A DNA stretch of 64,000 bases, from positions 124,001 through 188,000 of the forward strand of contig MU619249.1 of assembly GCA_025201805.1 (NCBI GenBank), in the 5' to 3' direction. Made by a program: the position numbers and the translations under genes. A model generated the notes under the pieces. It ran no database searches. It worked only from the letters and a program-made list of their open reading frames with translations, and was not told where the DNA came from. Of this stretch, positions 1-14,168 are shown in pieces. Numbering within the stretch: position 1 is the stretch's first letter; every line of letters begins with the position of its first letter. This DNA is from Parasitella parasitica NRRL 2501 (lineage: Eukaryota; Fungi; Mucoromycota).

Positions 1-377
1 ATAGGAGCAGCAGCAGGAGCAGGCGTGTGTGTGGGCTGAGGCGAAGAAGTATTGCCGTACGCTGTGCCAGCGTACTGATATGCATTCACAGGCTGCTGAG
101 GTGCGTTGCTGCTAAAATCATGCTCTTGCAGTGTTTTATTGGATTCTTGCCAAGAATTTACAACGGGTGTGTTACTCGAGTAGTCTGAAGGAGAAGGCAT
201 TCTCTGTGTGCCATAAGGTGAACCAGCGGCGTCGCTGACGTTGGGCTTTCTAGGTGGAAGTGCAGGCGAAGCGCTGCTGTTGTTGGTAGACTCGTATGCA
301 TTGCCGTAAACTGGCCCACTGCTTGGAGCATTTAACCATGGATTTTGGTTGGGTGTCTCGTTGAAAGGATTACTCAT
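1..377 (-). CDS. 5' part of a Pro/Ser/Asn-rich protein running off the left edge; function unknown
   Basis: ATG at 377 follows a pyrimidine-rich leader. The frame is open to the window edge: MSNPFNETPNQNPWLNAPSSGPVYGNAY..., with NPF and NPW motifs. Not in the ORF track because it has no stop in the window. Confidence 0.6.
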   Translation of the reverse strand, partial: MSNPFNETPNQNPWLNAPSSGPVYGNAYESTNNSSASPALPPRKPNVSDAAGSPYGTQRMPSPSDYSSNTPVVNSWQESNKTLQEHDFSSNAPQQPVNAYQYAGTAYGNTSSPQPTHTPAPAAAP

Positions 378-778
378 TTTTTGTTACAATGGAAAAAGAG
401 AAAAAGAGAAAAAGAGGAATCTGTCTATTCTAATTTTATACAATCGAACACTATATATATAAAACAGAGGTCGGGTGTCTAGTGTAACAATCATTCAATC
501 TTTGTACGTCATGTTTAAGCAACCGACTTCCATGACATGTGTCTGGTAAACCACACTGAACAGCAAGTGTATGCTTTGCTGGCAAATGTCTAGTACTAAG
601 CGACCATAGGCTGCTCTTTGAATCGCTGAAAAATACAAGGAGATTCTGGCTGTATGTACTTGTTGGCTTCAGGTAAATTTATCAGAAATGACAGGACTTT
701 TTGCCACCTCACTGACATTGTAAATATTTCAATTTGAAAAAGAAAACAGGTTCTTTCTTTCGTCTGTGTAATTAAAAA

Positions 779-3241
<2,463 letters not shown>

Positions 3242-3444
3242 ACCAACCTTAATATGTGTATATAAAAAATTGCTTTTGTATATAAAATATTTAACAGCAC
3301 ATCAACAAGCCTGTTTGAAATATTTCCGTCTACTTGACATACTAGTAGGGAGTTTTCTCAACATACTCAAGAATGCATATACAAATATATATATATGTAT
3401 TCTGGCTTAAGCTAGAGAAAACGACTCATTTCTTTTCCATCATC

Positions 3445-4981
3445 ATGTCGAATTATAGTAAAAGGACAGTTACACTTTTCTTCATTTCCCTGTTTATCCT
3501 TCAGATTCTAGCTTCAGCATCTGTTCAGGAACTTGATGAAGCAAACGTGCTTACATTGACTTTTGATGAGCTCAACAAGAAATCAACCGCAAAAGAAGCA
3601 GAACCTGCCATGACATCTCTGGTAGAAGCAGACAAACAGCCGCAGCAGGCTAAACCTCAATATGATGACGATGAAATAGACCAAGATGAGTACGAGGATG
3701 TAGATATCACTATAGAAGAGGACATGCTATTTGATGACGATTATATCAATGATGAAGCATTGGACAATCCCCCGCCACCACAAGAAATAGAGCCATTTGT
3801 AGATGAAGATGAAGTTGAATCCTCTGCTGTATCAATCCAAGAAGCTTCAGCTTCTATGTATGAAGAAGGTTTGTCCACACATTATGTCTATTGTCGGAAA
3901 TTTAGTGTGCTCATGTTCTTTGTTTGTAGATGCTATTTCCGCTAATGCTCTTCGTGTTCAAACTTCGTCCACAAGACCTCCTTTGGCCCAAGTTACAGGC
4001 TGTAAAACACAAGGACATATCGCATTGACATATGTATGTTAATCTATATATTTTACTAGGCAGAACTACCAAACTAATCTTCTTTTCATCATAGAGTGAA
4101 GGACCAAGTGATGTTACAGCCAAAATTGTGCGTCAATTGACCAAAGCAGATGCTCGTGCCAATTTCTTTGTCAATGCCACTTGGCTATACACTCAACAAT
4201 ACGCCATGGTTTTGCAAAACATCTACAATGCAGGTCATTTCATTGGCATGACATACCGTGTGGCTAATGACGATCCAACTTCTCTTTCTGACGATGATAT
4301 CCGCACTGACATTTTGAATAATGCCCACATTATTGAAACCTTGATCAACGTTGCTCCCAAATATGTGCGCCTTCATTACACTGAAGAGAAGGATGTGCGC
4401 ACTGAAGGTATTTTAAGAGATCTCGGATTCGTCATCGTTGGATACAATTTGGATAGTCAAGATTACATGAAGAAGGAGGCTACAGGTGCTAATTCCATCC
4501 AAGAAATTTACTCGGAAACATTCAAAAAATACAAGGACACCTACGATGCTAAGGGCTCGTTTATCTCTATTCAATACGATTTGCCATACACAGGATCTTT
4601 GAATGCTGTTTCTCACATTATCAATACAATTGATGAAGAAGGTTACACCATGGTTCGCTTGGACGGCTGTCTTAACGATCCCAAGCCATACAAGAGATGT
4701 AAGTCTTACTTTTGCTGCGTTGATCTACATTTGAATACTAAGCTACTTTTTCCTATGCAGTTGCCAACAGCACAGAATATGTAGGAGACAAGTTTTCGTT
4801 TGAACAGCCTGGTTATCATCAAGGCCAGAAGTCGATTGTTTTGGATGCTACTGACGCTGCAGACATTGAAGAAGACGAGTTCAAGATTCAAGGTTTGCAA
4901 ACTAGTCAAGCTACTCAATCGACACCCTTATTGACGGCTATCCTTTGCATTATTGGAGCCGTCTTTACATTGTTTTTGTAA
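3445..4981 (+). CDS. Secreted, probably GPI-anchored polysaccharide/chitin deacetylase (CE4/NodB)-fold protein with degenerate active site
   Basis: Signal peptide, acidic linker, then CKTQGHIALTY|SEGP...ANFFVN...AGHFIG...PKYVR...DSQDY...GYTMVRLDGCL. Hydrophobic C-terminus LLTAILCIIGAVFTLFL*. Three GT-AG introns. Confidence 0.8.
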
Positions 4982-5125
4982 AATCTGTCTTATTTTTCTG
5001 AATGTCTTTTTTTTTTTTAAAACTGATTAAATAAAACCCTCTTCATCTCTTAATTACAGAAACCACAATGGATACAGTAAGAGTTTATAGTGTTTTTTTT
5101 TTTTTTTTTAAAAAAAAAGAAATAA

Positions 5126-5899
5126 TTATTCATTTTTCTTTTCAACCATGGCAGCATCATTTGCTTTCAGCTTGTTTGTAATGCGAATACAGGAATCCAC
5201 CAAACCAATAAGGGGAATGAAGAAATAAGGAGAGTAAAGCATGAGCAGAATATTCCGTTGATATTTTTCTAATCCGTAGGTTGTATTGAGTACAATTTCA
5301 GCAAGACAAGGCAATACAGTTGTCATGACATGTGCACAATAAACTAAAAATACATTTTTAATACATGTTCAGCACCTAATACCCCTCCAAATCTACCTGC
5401 TAGTGGTAAACGGACCCAAGATTTATCTAGAGAATCATAAATATCAACTTTTTTTTTAGCAAAAAAAATAAATAGTTGATTACTTACCTTTAAATACACC
5501 GTAAGCAGCGAAAAAGAAGAATGGCAGTTGCAAGAACGCTTCACAAAGCAAGAAACTCTTGAACCACCATTGGACAGGACTAGTTTTATCCATAAACGGG
5601 TCATTCAAGAGGGCTATATAAGTTCCATTCAATTGCTGAAAGAAGGTAGGGATAATCCATTGAGGATACAGGTTTTGCAAATCGAAAAAGATTGTAATAG
5701 GAATGTGAGAGCTAAAGTATAGGAACAAGATCCAGTCGACGGGTCTATTCATGATGGGCTCCATCTCTGAAGCAAATGTATCGACGTGAGGTGAAATCAC
5801 TTTCACAGCTGGTTCTGCCACTTTTTCTACCTTGGCATACATTCTATTGCCCCAATTAACAATTACCTCTACTTTGTCTAAAAAAGAATCCCAACTCAT
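5126..5899 (-). CDS. TMEM97/sigma-2 receptor (EXPERA domain) ER membrane protein
   Basis: RPVDWILFLYFSSHIPITIFFDLQ, DPFM, WFKSFLLCEAFLQLPFF, YCAHVMTT, YSPYFFIP. C-terminal KKNE dilysine signal; 2 introns. Confidence 0.88.
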
Positions 5900-6204
5900 A
5901 ATGATATTGTTTATGAATAAATAAAAAAAGGCGAAGGGTAATTTCGATAAAAAAATGTTTTATACACTCTTTGATTATGAAACCTGCCCGCTTCTTCCCA
6001 GTTTATGTTGACCGAGATGGGTTTAACTGTCACTTCAAGTAAGCTCTTTAGTGATTAAATCATGCGTCTATCTAATGTTTTTGAGGCTTCAAATAGTATT
6101 TGAACTACAAAGTATGGAACCATCGTAATATCGAGCTTTTCTTTCTACATCAATCACTTGGTGGCTCTAAAATAACACAAACAATATTAAATACATGCAT
6201 TATT

Positions 6205-6875
6205 TTACTTTTGATTCACGATAATCTCAGAGATAGCTTCCAATGCCTAGTAAAAGATTAAAACATCATTCAATTTCACCCACTGTGTACATAATTCTAC
6301 CATTTTGATATGTGCTCTGATTTTATCTGCCTCTGCCGTGTGTTTATCTGCCATTCTATGATGGAGTATTATCAGCATACAAGCAAACTCATCTTACGTT
6401 TCCTGTTTTACCCTTGCAAATGGGCCACTTTCTTTTCGATAAATTTTTTTGCTTCATCCAAGGTGAATTGAACATGAAAACCGAATCCAACATTGATGTA
6501 AATGTATTTGGTATCAGGTCTATTCAACAAGATTAGTTGTTTTAGTCTTGTTTGATAAGTAAATCTTTCCTTACACGTGAGCTTGGACAAAGAATTGTGA
6601 GCCAAGATCAACCATCGTTTTCAACTCATTCAGCTTATTGTCTTGAATTGTTTCGATTTGCATGTTTAATTTTTGGCTATATCATTGATTGATTAAATCT
6701 CTTGAAAGCTTGAAAAAAAAAAAAAAAGGTTCGCAACTTACTATTCTGATATGTTGTTAAATATAAGATCTCGTTCGTCCAATTCTTTCTTTAATGATGG
6801 TTTTAATTTCATAGATATAAATTCATCGTATTTTTTTATCAATCCACCCAAGTCTTGTTTTACTGTATCGTCCAT
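6205..6875 (-). CDS. Prefoldin alpha-type subunit, UXT-like
   Basis: Multi-exon: MDDTVKQDLGGLIKKYDEFISMKLKPSLKKELDERD...ELKTMVDLGSQFFVQAH..PDTKYIYINVGFGFHVQFTLDEA...ALEAISEIIVNQK*. Confidence 0.82.
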
Positions 6876-7009
6876 CTTCAAAATAGAAAGGTGAAAGTTA
6901 GATGCTCAAATCAATGGAAAGTTTTTTTTAAGAAGGATCTTTTGAATAACCGCCTATTTTGGATAAAATCATGCTCCTTGATACACTCTACATATACAAA
7001 GCCATTATA

Positions 7010-7960
7010 TGTTTGAACGAGCTGTCTCCACCCCCAAACTACGGTGAAAAAAACTTATCCTTAGCTTTGATACGTTGTTTTTTTGACTTCTGTGCATCTG
7101 CAGCGGGCTATCTCACGAAACACAATGCTAATCGAAGAGTTTTTTTAAAAAAGACATTGTTGTTTATTGGATGCTTTCTATTTAATACGGGTGGGATAGC
7201 TCAAATCGAACGGCAACATTCGATGAACTCATATCGCAATCCCTATTACTCTACAAGTCCTTCTCAAATGACTTAATTACATTCCGTAGGAACAGCGTAA
7301 CATTTTTTTTTTAACAGTTAGCTTATGAAGTCTTTAGTAATAACTGTTATATCCCTAGATTATATAGCGAATACAATTGGTTAGCATTATTATGGCTACG
7401 CTGTCATAGCAACCGTTCTTGGGTTGGGCCTAATGTTTAATGTCGGTAATTTTATTGTATACATAGAATACCATGATTATCACTATTCCCACTTATGCCG
7501 CCACAGCCGTTCCTAATCGTATCTAAGCTTAAACGTCACCCGGCCATTCTGTATAATAAATGGAAGTAATCAATAGAACTCCTTGTATAAGAAACCATCT
7601 ATTTGAGCTCTACTTGGTCTAAATTATGAAGCCAGACTTATCGATGAATTATTCACATTCATAAAGATTAGTAGATTGAATATATGTAGGTCTTGCTTTG
7701 ACTAATGTTATTGTGTCATGACCTTGCTTGGCAATTATAAAATGTCAGACATGATCTGATTGTATTCGTAGATTTATTCATATAGATTTATTTTATATAA
7801 ATAGACAACTTCTATCAATCAATGTAAACTTTCGGTTTTATATCCAGTAATAATAAATCAATAGTCTCTATAAATATTTCCCCATTTAATATCATATTAT
7901 CCATCTATTGTGCTCTTTTCAAACCTTGGCCCAATAATATTATATATATATATTGACTCT
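7010..7960. repeat. Dispersed degenerate repeat, copy A (probable mobile-element relic, family unidentified)
   Basis: Colinear similarity to 49280-50035 (shared ggcaacattcgatg, atcgcaatccctattact, gaagtctttagtaata, cttgtataagaaaccatctattt) and to 33760-34075. Confidence 0.85.
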
Positions 7961-8647
7961 GTTCATAATGGCACGATCTGAATAAGTCCTTCCACTCTGA
8001 CTCCCTATCTACCCCATGAACAGCATACAATAGTAAGTTTTTTGAATCATCTGGTTTGTGAGAATTCCAAAATCATCACAAAATGTTGAGTAAGAAATAT
8101 TATAGCCTTTCCAATAGTTTCGGATTGGGATATCGTTCTACTATTATTTTTAAAAGATCTGCCAAACAGCTTTCTTATGATGTTGATGGCAACACTACTG
8201 CCCTATAAAAGTCAATTGATTTTGTAACCTTAACCAACTACTCGTGGCATGATATGTTTATTAAGCAGTAATTTCTCTGAAACTACCTAATGAGTACCTC
8301 TAATCATTCTAAGGAGTTTGTGTTGTATCCACAGTCTGAAACGATGTTAAGGGGCGGAGGCCGTAAATCAGACGGACAATATGTGTTATTGTTGTCAAAA
8401 TAGTTCAATCACTCGACATTTCAATAAAACCGATGCTCCTAGCTTATCAAATGTTGCATAATCTCAATTCCAAAAAAAAAGAGTTGATCTATCAATTGAA
8501 TATGTTATTATCATAGCTAGTGGAATGGTACAAATGCCACTGAATTTTATTAAAAATGATTGCTAGGGGAGTTTTTCATAATTTAGAACATCGACAAGAG
8601 CTTCCTGGTTATCAGCACTTCTTTTCTACTCTATAACTTTTTAGTTT

Positions 8648-9797
8648 ATGCATCGTAGAATCATGAAATTTATTGGTATATATTAAAGTTTTGATTGTAA
8701 TCACATCTATATCTATCATCTCATCTAGATATCGGCGCAAATATGACTGACCCTATGTTTAGAGGGCTATATCGTGGTAAACAAGCTCATCCAGGTATGT
8801 ACATACAACATGAACAATTCACAGCCACAATAAAATAAGCAAAATAACAACAATTGTATATATCCCAAGATGATCTTGCGCTCGTTTTGAAGCGTGCACG
8901 TGAGGGAGGTGTTCAAAAGATTTTAATTACTGGCACAAACTTACAAGACTCTAAAGAAGCCATTGAAGCCATTGAAAATAACGATGATGGTATATAACTT
9001 ACTTTTTTAAAGGTTTCGTATACTTTTCATGTATATTATGTGCTAAATAGAAGCTTCATATAGCCAAGGGGTTCTTATATTCTACTGTGGGCTGTCATCC
9101 CACGCGTTGCTCTGAATTCGAAGCCTATAAAGATGGACCTCAGGCCTATTATGACCAGCTTTTAAAAGTGGCTACTAGTTCCACAACTGTAGTCGCTATT
9201 GGCGAATGTGGACTCGATTATGATCGCCTTCATTTTTGTGATAAAGAGACTCAAAAAAAGTATTTTGCAGTGCAGTTCGACTTGGCTCAAGAGACGCAAT
9301 TGCCCATGTTTTTACATAATCGTAATACAGGCAGCGATTTCTATGATCTCGTCAAAGCTAATCGCCATAAATTCAAGCATGGTGTGGTGCATTCCTTCAC
9401 TGGAAGTTTAGAAGAAATGAAAATGCTTATTGACTTGGATTTGTACATCGGTGTCAATGGATGTTCCATGAAAACGGCTGAAAACCTTGAGGTTGTAAAA
9501 GCGATTCCCCAAGACAAGCTGATGATTGAAACAGATGCTCCTTGGTGTGATATCCGCCCCACGCACGCTTCCTTTACTCATTTGAGAAACGTAAGCCCTG
9601 AAGAGATGAAATTGTATGCTCCACTTAGCAAAAAGAAAGAAAAGTTTGAAATGGGATGTATGGTCAAGAGTAGGAATGAGCCATGTACTGTGGGTCTTGT
9701 TTTACACGCTGTCGCATCTATTCGTAGTGTAGATCCAGTAGAACTGTCAGAAATCATTTGGAACAACACATGCACCGTATTTAATACTTTAGATTAG
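8648..9797 (+). CDS. TatD-family DNase (TATDN1-like)
   Basis: MKFI|DIGANMTDPMFRGLYRGKQAHP, STVGCHPT, VAIGECGLDYDR, FLHNR, GVVHSFTG, MIETDAPWC, RNEP. Start is 8648 or 8663. Confidence 0.93.
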
Positions 9798-9844
9798 TGT
9801 ATATAGATATTTTATTCAAATAGTGAATGTAAGCATATACATAT

Positions 9845-11406
9845 TTAAAGATAAAGACCCTCAGGAGTACCTTCACTCTTTCTATACAAGACCTTCTCCT
9901 TAGCTTTACGGAAATCCTCTGCAACAACTTTCATACGACGTTCACGCAATGCCATTAAACCAGCTTCTGTACAGATGGCCTAGTGAAAAATGCATTAATA
10001 GCAAGCTCTTATACAAGTAATTTAAGCTTACCTTGATATCAGCACCCGATAAATCATCCTTTGACATGACAAACTCTTCCAAATCAACATCGTCAGCCAA
10101 AGTCATCCTTGAAGTATGGATGTTGAAAATTCTACGCTTTGTCTTGACGTCAGGCAAGGGGAATTCGATTTTACGATCAATACGGCCAGGACGAATCAAT
10201 GCAGGATCCAAACTGTCAATCTTATTTGTAGCCATAATCACTTTAACATCGCCTCGGGAATCGAAACCATCCAATTGATTCAACAATTCCAGCATGGTAC
10301 GTTGGATTTCACGTTCGCCACCAGAAGTTGAGTCGTAACGCTTTGTACCGACAGCATCGATTTCGTCAATGAATACAATCGAAGGCGCATTTTCCTCTGC
10401 GACACGAAACAATTCACGCACCAATTTGGGACCATCACCCAGATATTTCTGGATCAATTCCGAGCCAACAATACGCAAAAACGTAGCGCTGGTTTGGTTG
10501 GCAACAGCCTTTGCCAACAAGGTTTTACCGGTACCAGGCACACCGTATAAAATGACACCCTTGGGAGGTTTGATTCCCATTTCTTCATATAATTCAGGAT
10601 GTGTTAAAGGTAACTCGACTGCCTCCTTGATTTCTTGCACTTGTTGTTCAAGACCACCAATATCTGCATATGATTCTGTAGGTGCCTTTTCCAATTTCAT
10701 GACACTGACCATGGGGTCCGTGTCATCGCCGAGCACACCAACAACAGACATGGTTTTGTGGTGCAAAAGAACGCTACATCCAGGTTCCAACAAGTCCTTG
10801 TCGACAAAACTCATAACCGATACATAATATTCGGGTCCAGTAGCTGAAGACACAATAACATGGTCATCGTCAATGATTTCTTCTAATGAGCCAACTGTCA
10901 TTGGAGAGCCACGCAAATCGTCTACACGTGTTCTTTCTTCTTGATCTCTCTCCTCTTGGGGCTTGAGTCGTTCTTGGTTTTGCACAAACTCCTCTTCAAG
11001 TAACAAATAATCCTTGATACGTTCCATTTTCAGCATCTTGAGACGACAGCGTGTAGTGGGGAAAACTAGATAATGTGTTCAGTATTTCCATAATCCCAAT
11101 GCCACATTGTTTTGTATATATTAAGGCTACCTTGAGGTAATTTAGCAGTTGTATCAGGCCCTCTCTTCTTCTTTTTGCCTACACGAGTAGGTACAGGAGG
11201 CTCCCACTTTTTTTTCTTGTCCTTATCCTTTACATTTACACATATAGTTATTAAGAAAATCGTTTTCATTTCGCATTGTATATCTGTGTTGCTGTACCTT
11301 GTCTTTTTTATCATTGCCTCTTGGCATACCTGATTGAGAGTTACCCTAGTAAATGCATAATTAGTGGCTATGTTTGGATGTGTGGTAGTTGCTACTTATT
11401 TACCAT
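9845..11406 (-). CDS. RPT2: 26S proteasome regulatory AAA-ATPase subunit Rpt2 (S4)
   Basis: M|GNSQSG N-myristoylation start, [20 protein letters not shown], Walker [16 protein letters not shown]-terminal EGTPEGLYL* (HbYX). Confidence 0.97.
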
Positions 11407-12412
11407 TTCGTATTATATCTGGTTGTAGATGTAAAAAGAAAAGAGGTGAATGCACTGGCTATTAGTTGTTTTAAATAGCCTGCGCGTCCAAATTCGTCAC
11501 CTATCAATGATACGTCAGCTATGTGACCTTTTAACACGGTTAGAAGCAGCATGTTGCACCTGGAAGCCTCCATTTGGTTGTTGCCAGCACAATTGAAGAG
11601 TTTTTTCTCGTTACATGGATATCTCGCATGCTTCAAACTCTTTTTTTTTATTTTTTTTTATTTTCAGAGTGTCAGGTATTCAGATGCTCTTCTTATATTA
11701 CTCTTCGTAGGAGTTCATCATTTTGAATATTGTTTTTAGTAAGATTTATATCACCTTTTGTGAAAAGATCTCGATATTTGAACCAATTTGTATGGGGAAA
11801 TTTCAGAAACGATATGCGCAATTAGTTTCCATGGAAACATATGAAGATTATATGATTCTGCATTCAAACATACTAAATCTGATGTATGCGTTCACTAGCA
11901 CTGGCCGCTTCAAATCAATTGTAATAGCTAGATGCTTATAAAAAAGAAAGTTTTCAGTCATTCTTGTCAAAGCCTTCCTACTCGATAAATTCCAAAATTT
12001 AGCTAGAGAAAATTTAGCTAAATCAATAACAAATTTCTCCATTAGTAATTTTGTTCTGACGAAGCGATACATTTCAGCTTTGTATAAAGCAGATTAATAG
12101 CTGAAGATGTGTTAATCACTTGACCAGATAGACTACACAGTCTTGAACTGAAAATCCTTTCTAGGTGAGAAACTATATTGTAAAAACTTAAGGCTTACAA
12201 GCTATCTAGATCTTTTATCGAGTTTTACGTAGCTATATCCTTCCAATAATACAAATCTTCGAAGCGCACATCTGATGGAGAATGGATTAATGTCTCATAG
12301 CGGAAGGCAGATGATGGTCACCAATGGTCACCACTCACGCACTCAAACATGCTTTGATTCGCGAGCTCAGAACTTTCTCACTTCTTTTTTTCACCAAACA
12401 TAAAGCAGAACA

Positions 12413-12989
12413 ATGTAAATAGACAAGCAGATTGAATTCATCTCATAGACCTGACATTTCTATTATAGGGCACCCAAAAAGCCTTCAAAAAAATTAGCTT
12501 TTGGAAAGAAGGTAGCATACAACAATTATTTATATTGAAGTATGAACTCACAGCGAAATCATCTAGTCCAATCTATCAGAAAGTGAAGAAGAATATGAGG
12601 GGCCACTCAACCTGCTGACGACAGAGAAGCCCTTCAAAAACCCAAACTACAAAACGATAAAGAAAAACAAGAACCTGAAGCAAATTCTTACACTAGAGAG
12701 AGATAACATGTTTGCACTAGATGTACCCACATGTAAGTAGTTTTCAAGTAGATATCACAATCCACATTTTAACCAAATATTTGTTGCAGATGAAAATATT
12801 GAATGTGCACCATCCGTTCTGCCACAAAAAAAGTATTGCGACATTACAGGACTAAATGCTAAATACACAGATCCTAAAACTGGATTACGATATCACAATG
12901 CAGAAATTTATCAGTTTATCCGTACACTGGGTGTGCCCAGTGTTCAAGCCTATCTGGCAAGCAGGAATGCAGCTGTTGTTCTCAAGTAA
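12413..12989 (+). CDS. IES6: INO80 complex subunit C (Ies6, YL1_C domain)
   Basis: Spliced: MAPKKPSKK...KPFKNPNYK..KNLKQIL..VPT|YENIECAPSVLPQKKYCDITGLNAKYTDPKTGLRYHNAEIY...YLASRNAAVVLK*. Missed by the ORF track. Confidence 0.9.
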
Positions 12990-13010
12990 CAGCAATAAAA
13001 AGGCATTTGT

Positions 13011-13748
13011 TTATTTGAACAATACAGTATCATTTTCATTATCAGAGTTATCTTCCTAAAAGTTGGCATTGATGAATATCTTTTGTTTTATATACATTAT
13101 CCCAGAGGAACAACTTACCATGTCGTATCCTGCTACAGCCATGTTAATCAACTCCCTCATATCATCATTTCTACCCACTACGTAATCTTCAATTGTTGAA
13201 TTTGCATTATTCTTGATTCTATACAAAATTTAAATGTTATATATATATATATATAATTCATGGTTAAATCTGCAAGAGCTGTAATTAATTACCTTGGATC
13301 AGCACCAGCATTGATTAACATATCCACCATGTTGAGAGCTACTTCTGGATCATCCTCATATTGCACAGCCAAATGCAGAGGTGTATTACCTTCTTTCTTG
13401 TTTTTCTGATTCACGTTTATATCTGGAATTTCTAGCAGTAATTCCATGCATGTCAGTGACCCAAATCGAGCCCTGTTATTTTGTGAAAATAAATAAACTA
13501 TGAATTTGATTGTATGTATACATTTAACGGTAATTTACGTATAATGAAGTGCTGTATCACCTAAATCATCAGTGTGATTTATGTCAAAATCTCCCTCCTT
13601 TAAAATATCCTCCAACATTTCATCTTGGTCGTTTCTGCAGGCTGCCAGCATGAGGTCATCTCCTGCAATTATTTAGGTTAGTGGTATGTACGCGCGTGAT
13701 TAGTATTCAGTTGTAACACTTGCCTGTTGTTTTTTCTTCATCGGCCAT
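13011..13748 (-). CDS. Small ankyrin-repeat protein
   Basis: Five exons: MADEEKTT|GDDLMLAACRNDQ...DDLGDTALHY|TARFGSL...EGNTPLHLAV...LINAGADPRIKN...acidic tail. Confidence 0.85.
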
Positions 13749-14168
13749 CATTTGTGTAGCTTGAGTGCGAATGAAGAAGAATGGCATTTCTGGATTGCTT
13801 TGAGGGGTCTCAAAAGGACGAAAAAGCTGGTCACCCCAAGCCCAGTTGCACAGAATCCCTTTCCACATGTTTGTTTGATGTCTGATGGTCAATTAAGGTG
13901 AAATGAATTTAAGCCTAAAGATAGCGCACACCCAGAAATAAACTAATGCATGATGCAAGGTGGAAAATGGTTAATTGTATATATAGTCAGGCCATATATG
14001 ATTATGCTTCACTTGATTCCAGATGGCAAAATATTCTTTGTGTAATGTAAAAGCGGGGCCATTTTCAATAAATTACTGTAATTCATTCGATTGTACCTAT
14101 TTTTAAGCATCAGGATTTTTATTTTATTTTCACCTTCTTCTCTTTGTCTTTCTTTCTTTTCCACCCAA

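Noticed and set aside
700-708. TTTGCCACC, reverse complement of the Rpn4 PACE element
   Set aside because: It lies in a probable 5'-UTR intron of the helicase, is a single hit, and is absent from the RPT2 promoter where it would be expected.
6959-7276. 105-aa ORF
   Set aside because: It lies inside repeat copy A, and the frame is broken in copy B.
11720-12300. Short ORFs between RPT2 and IES6, possible TE relic
   Set aside because: No recognisable motif or second copy in the window.
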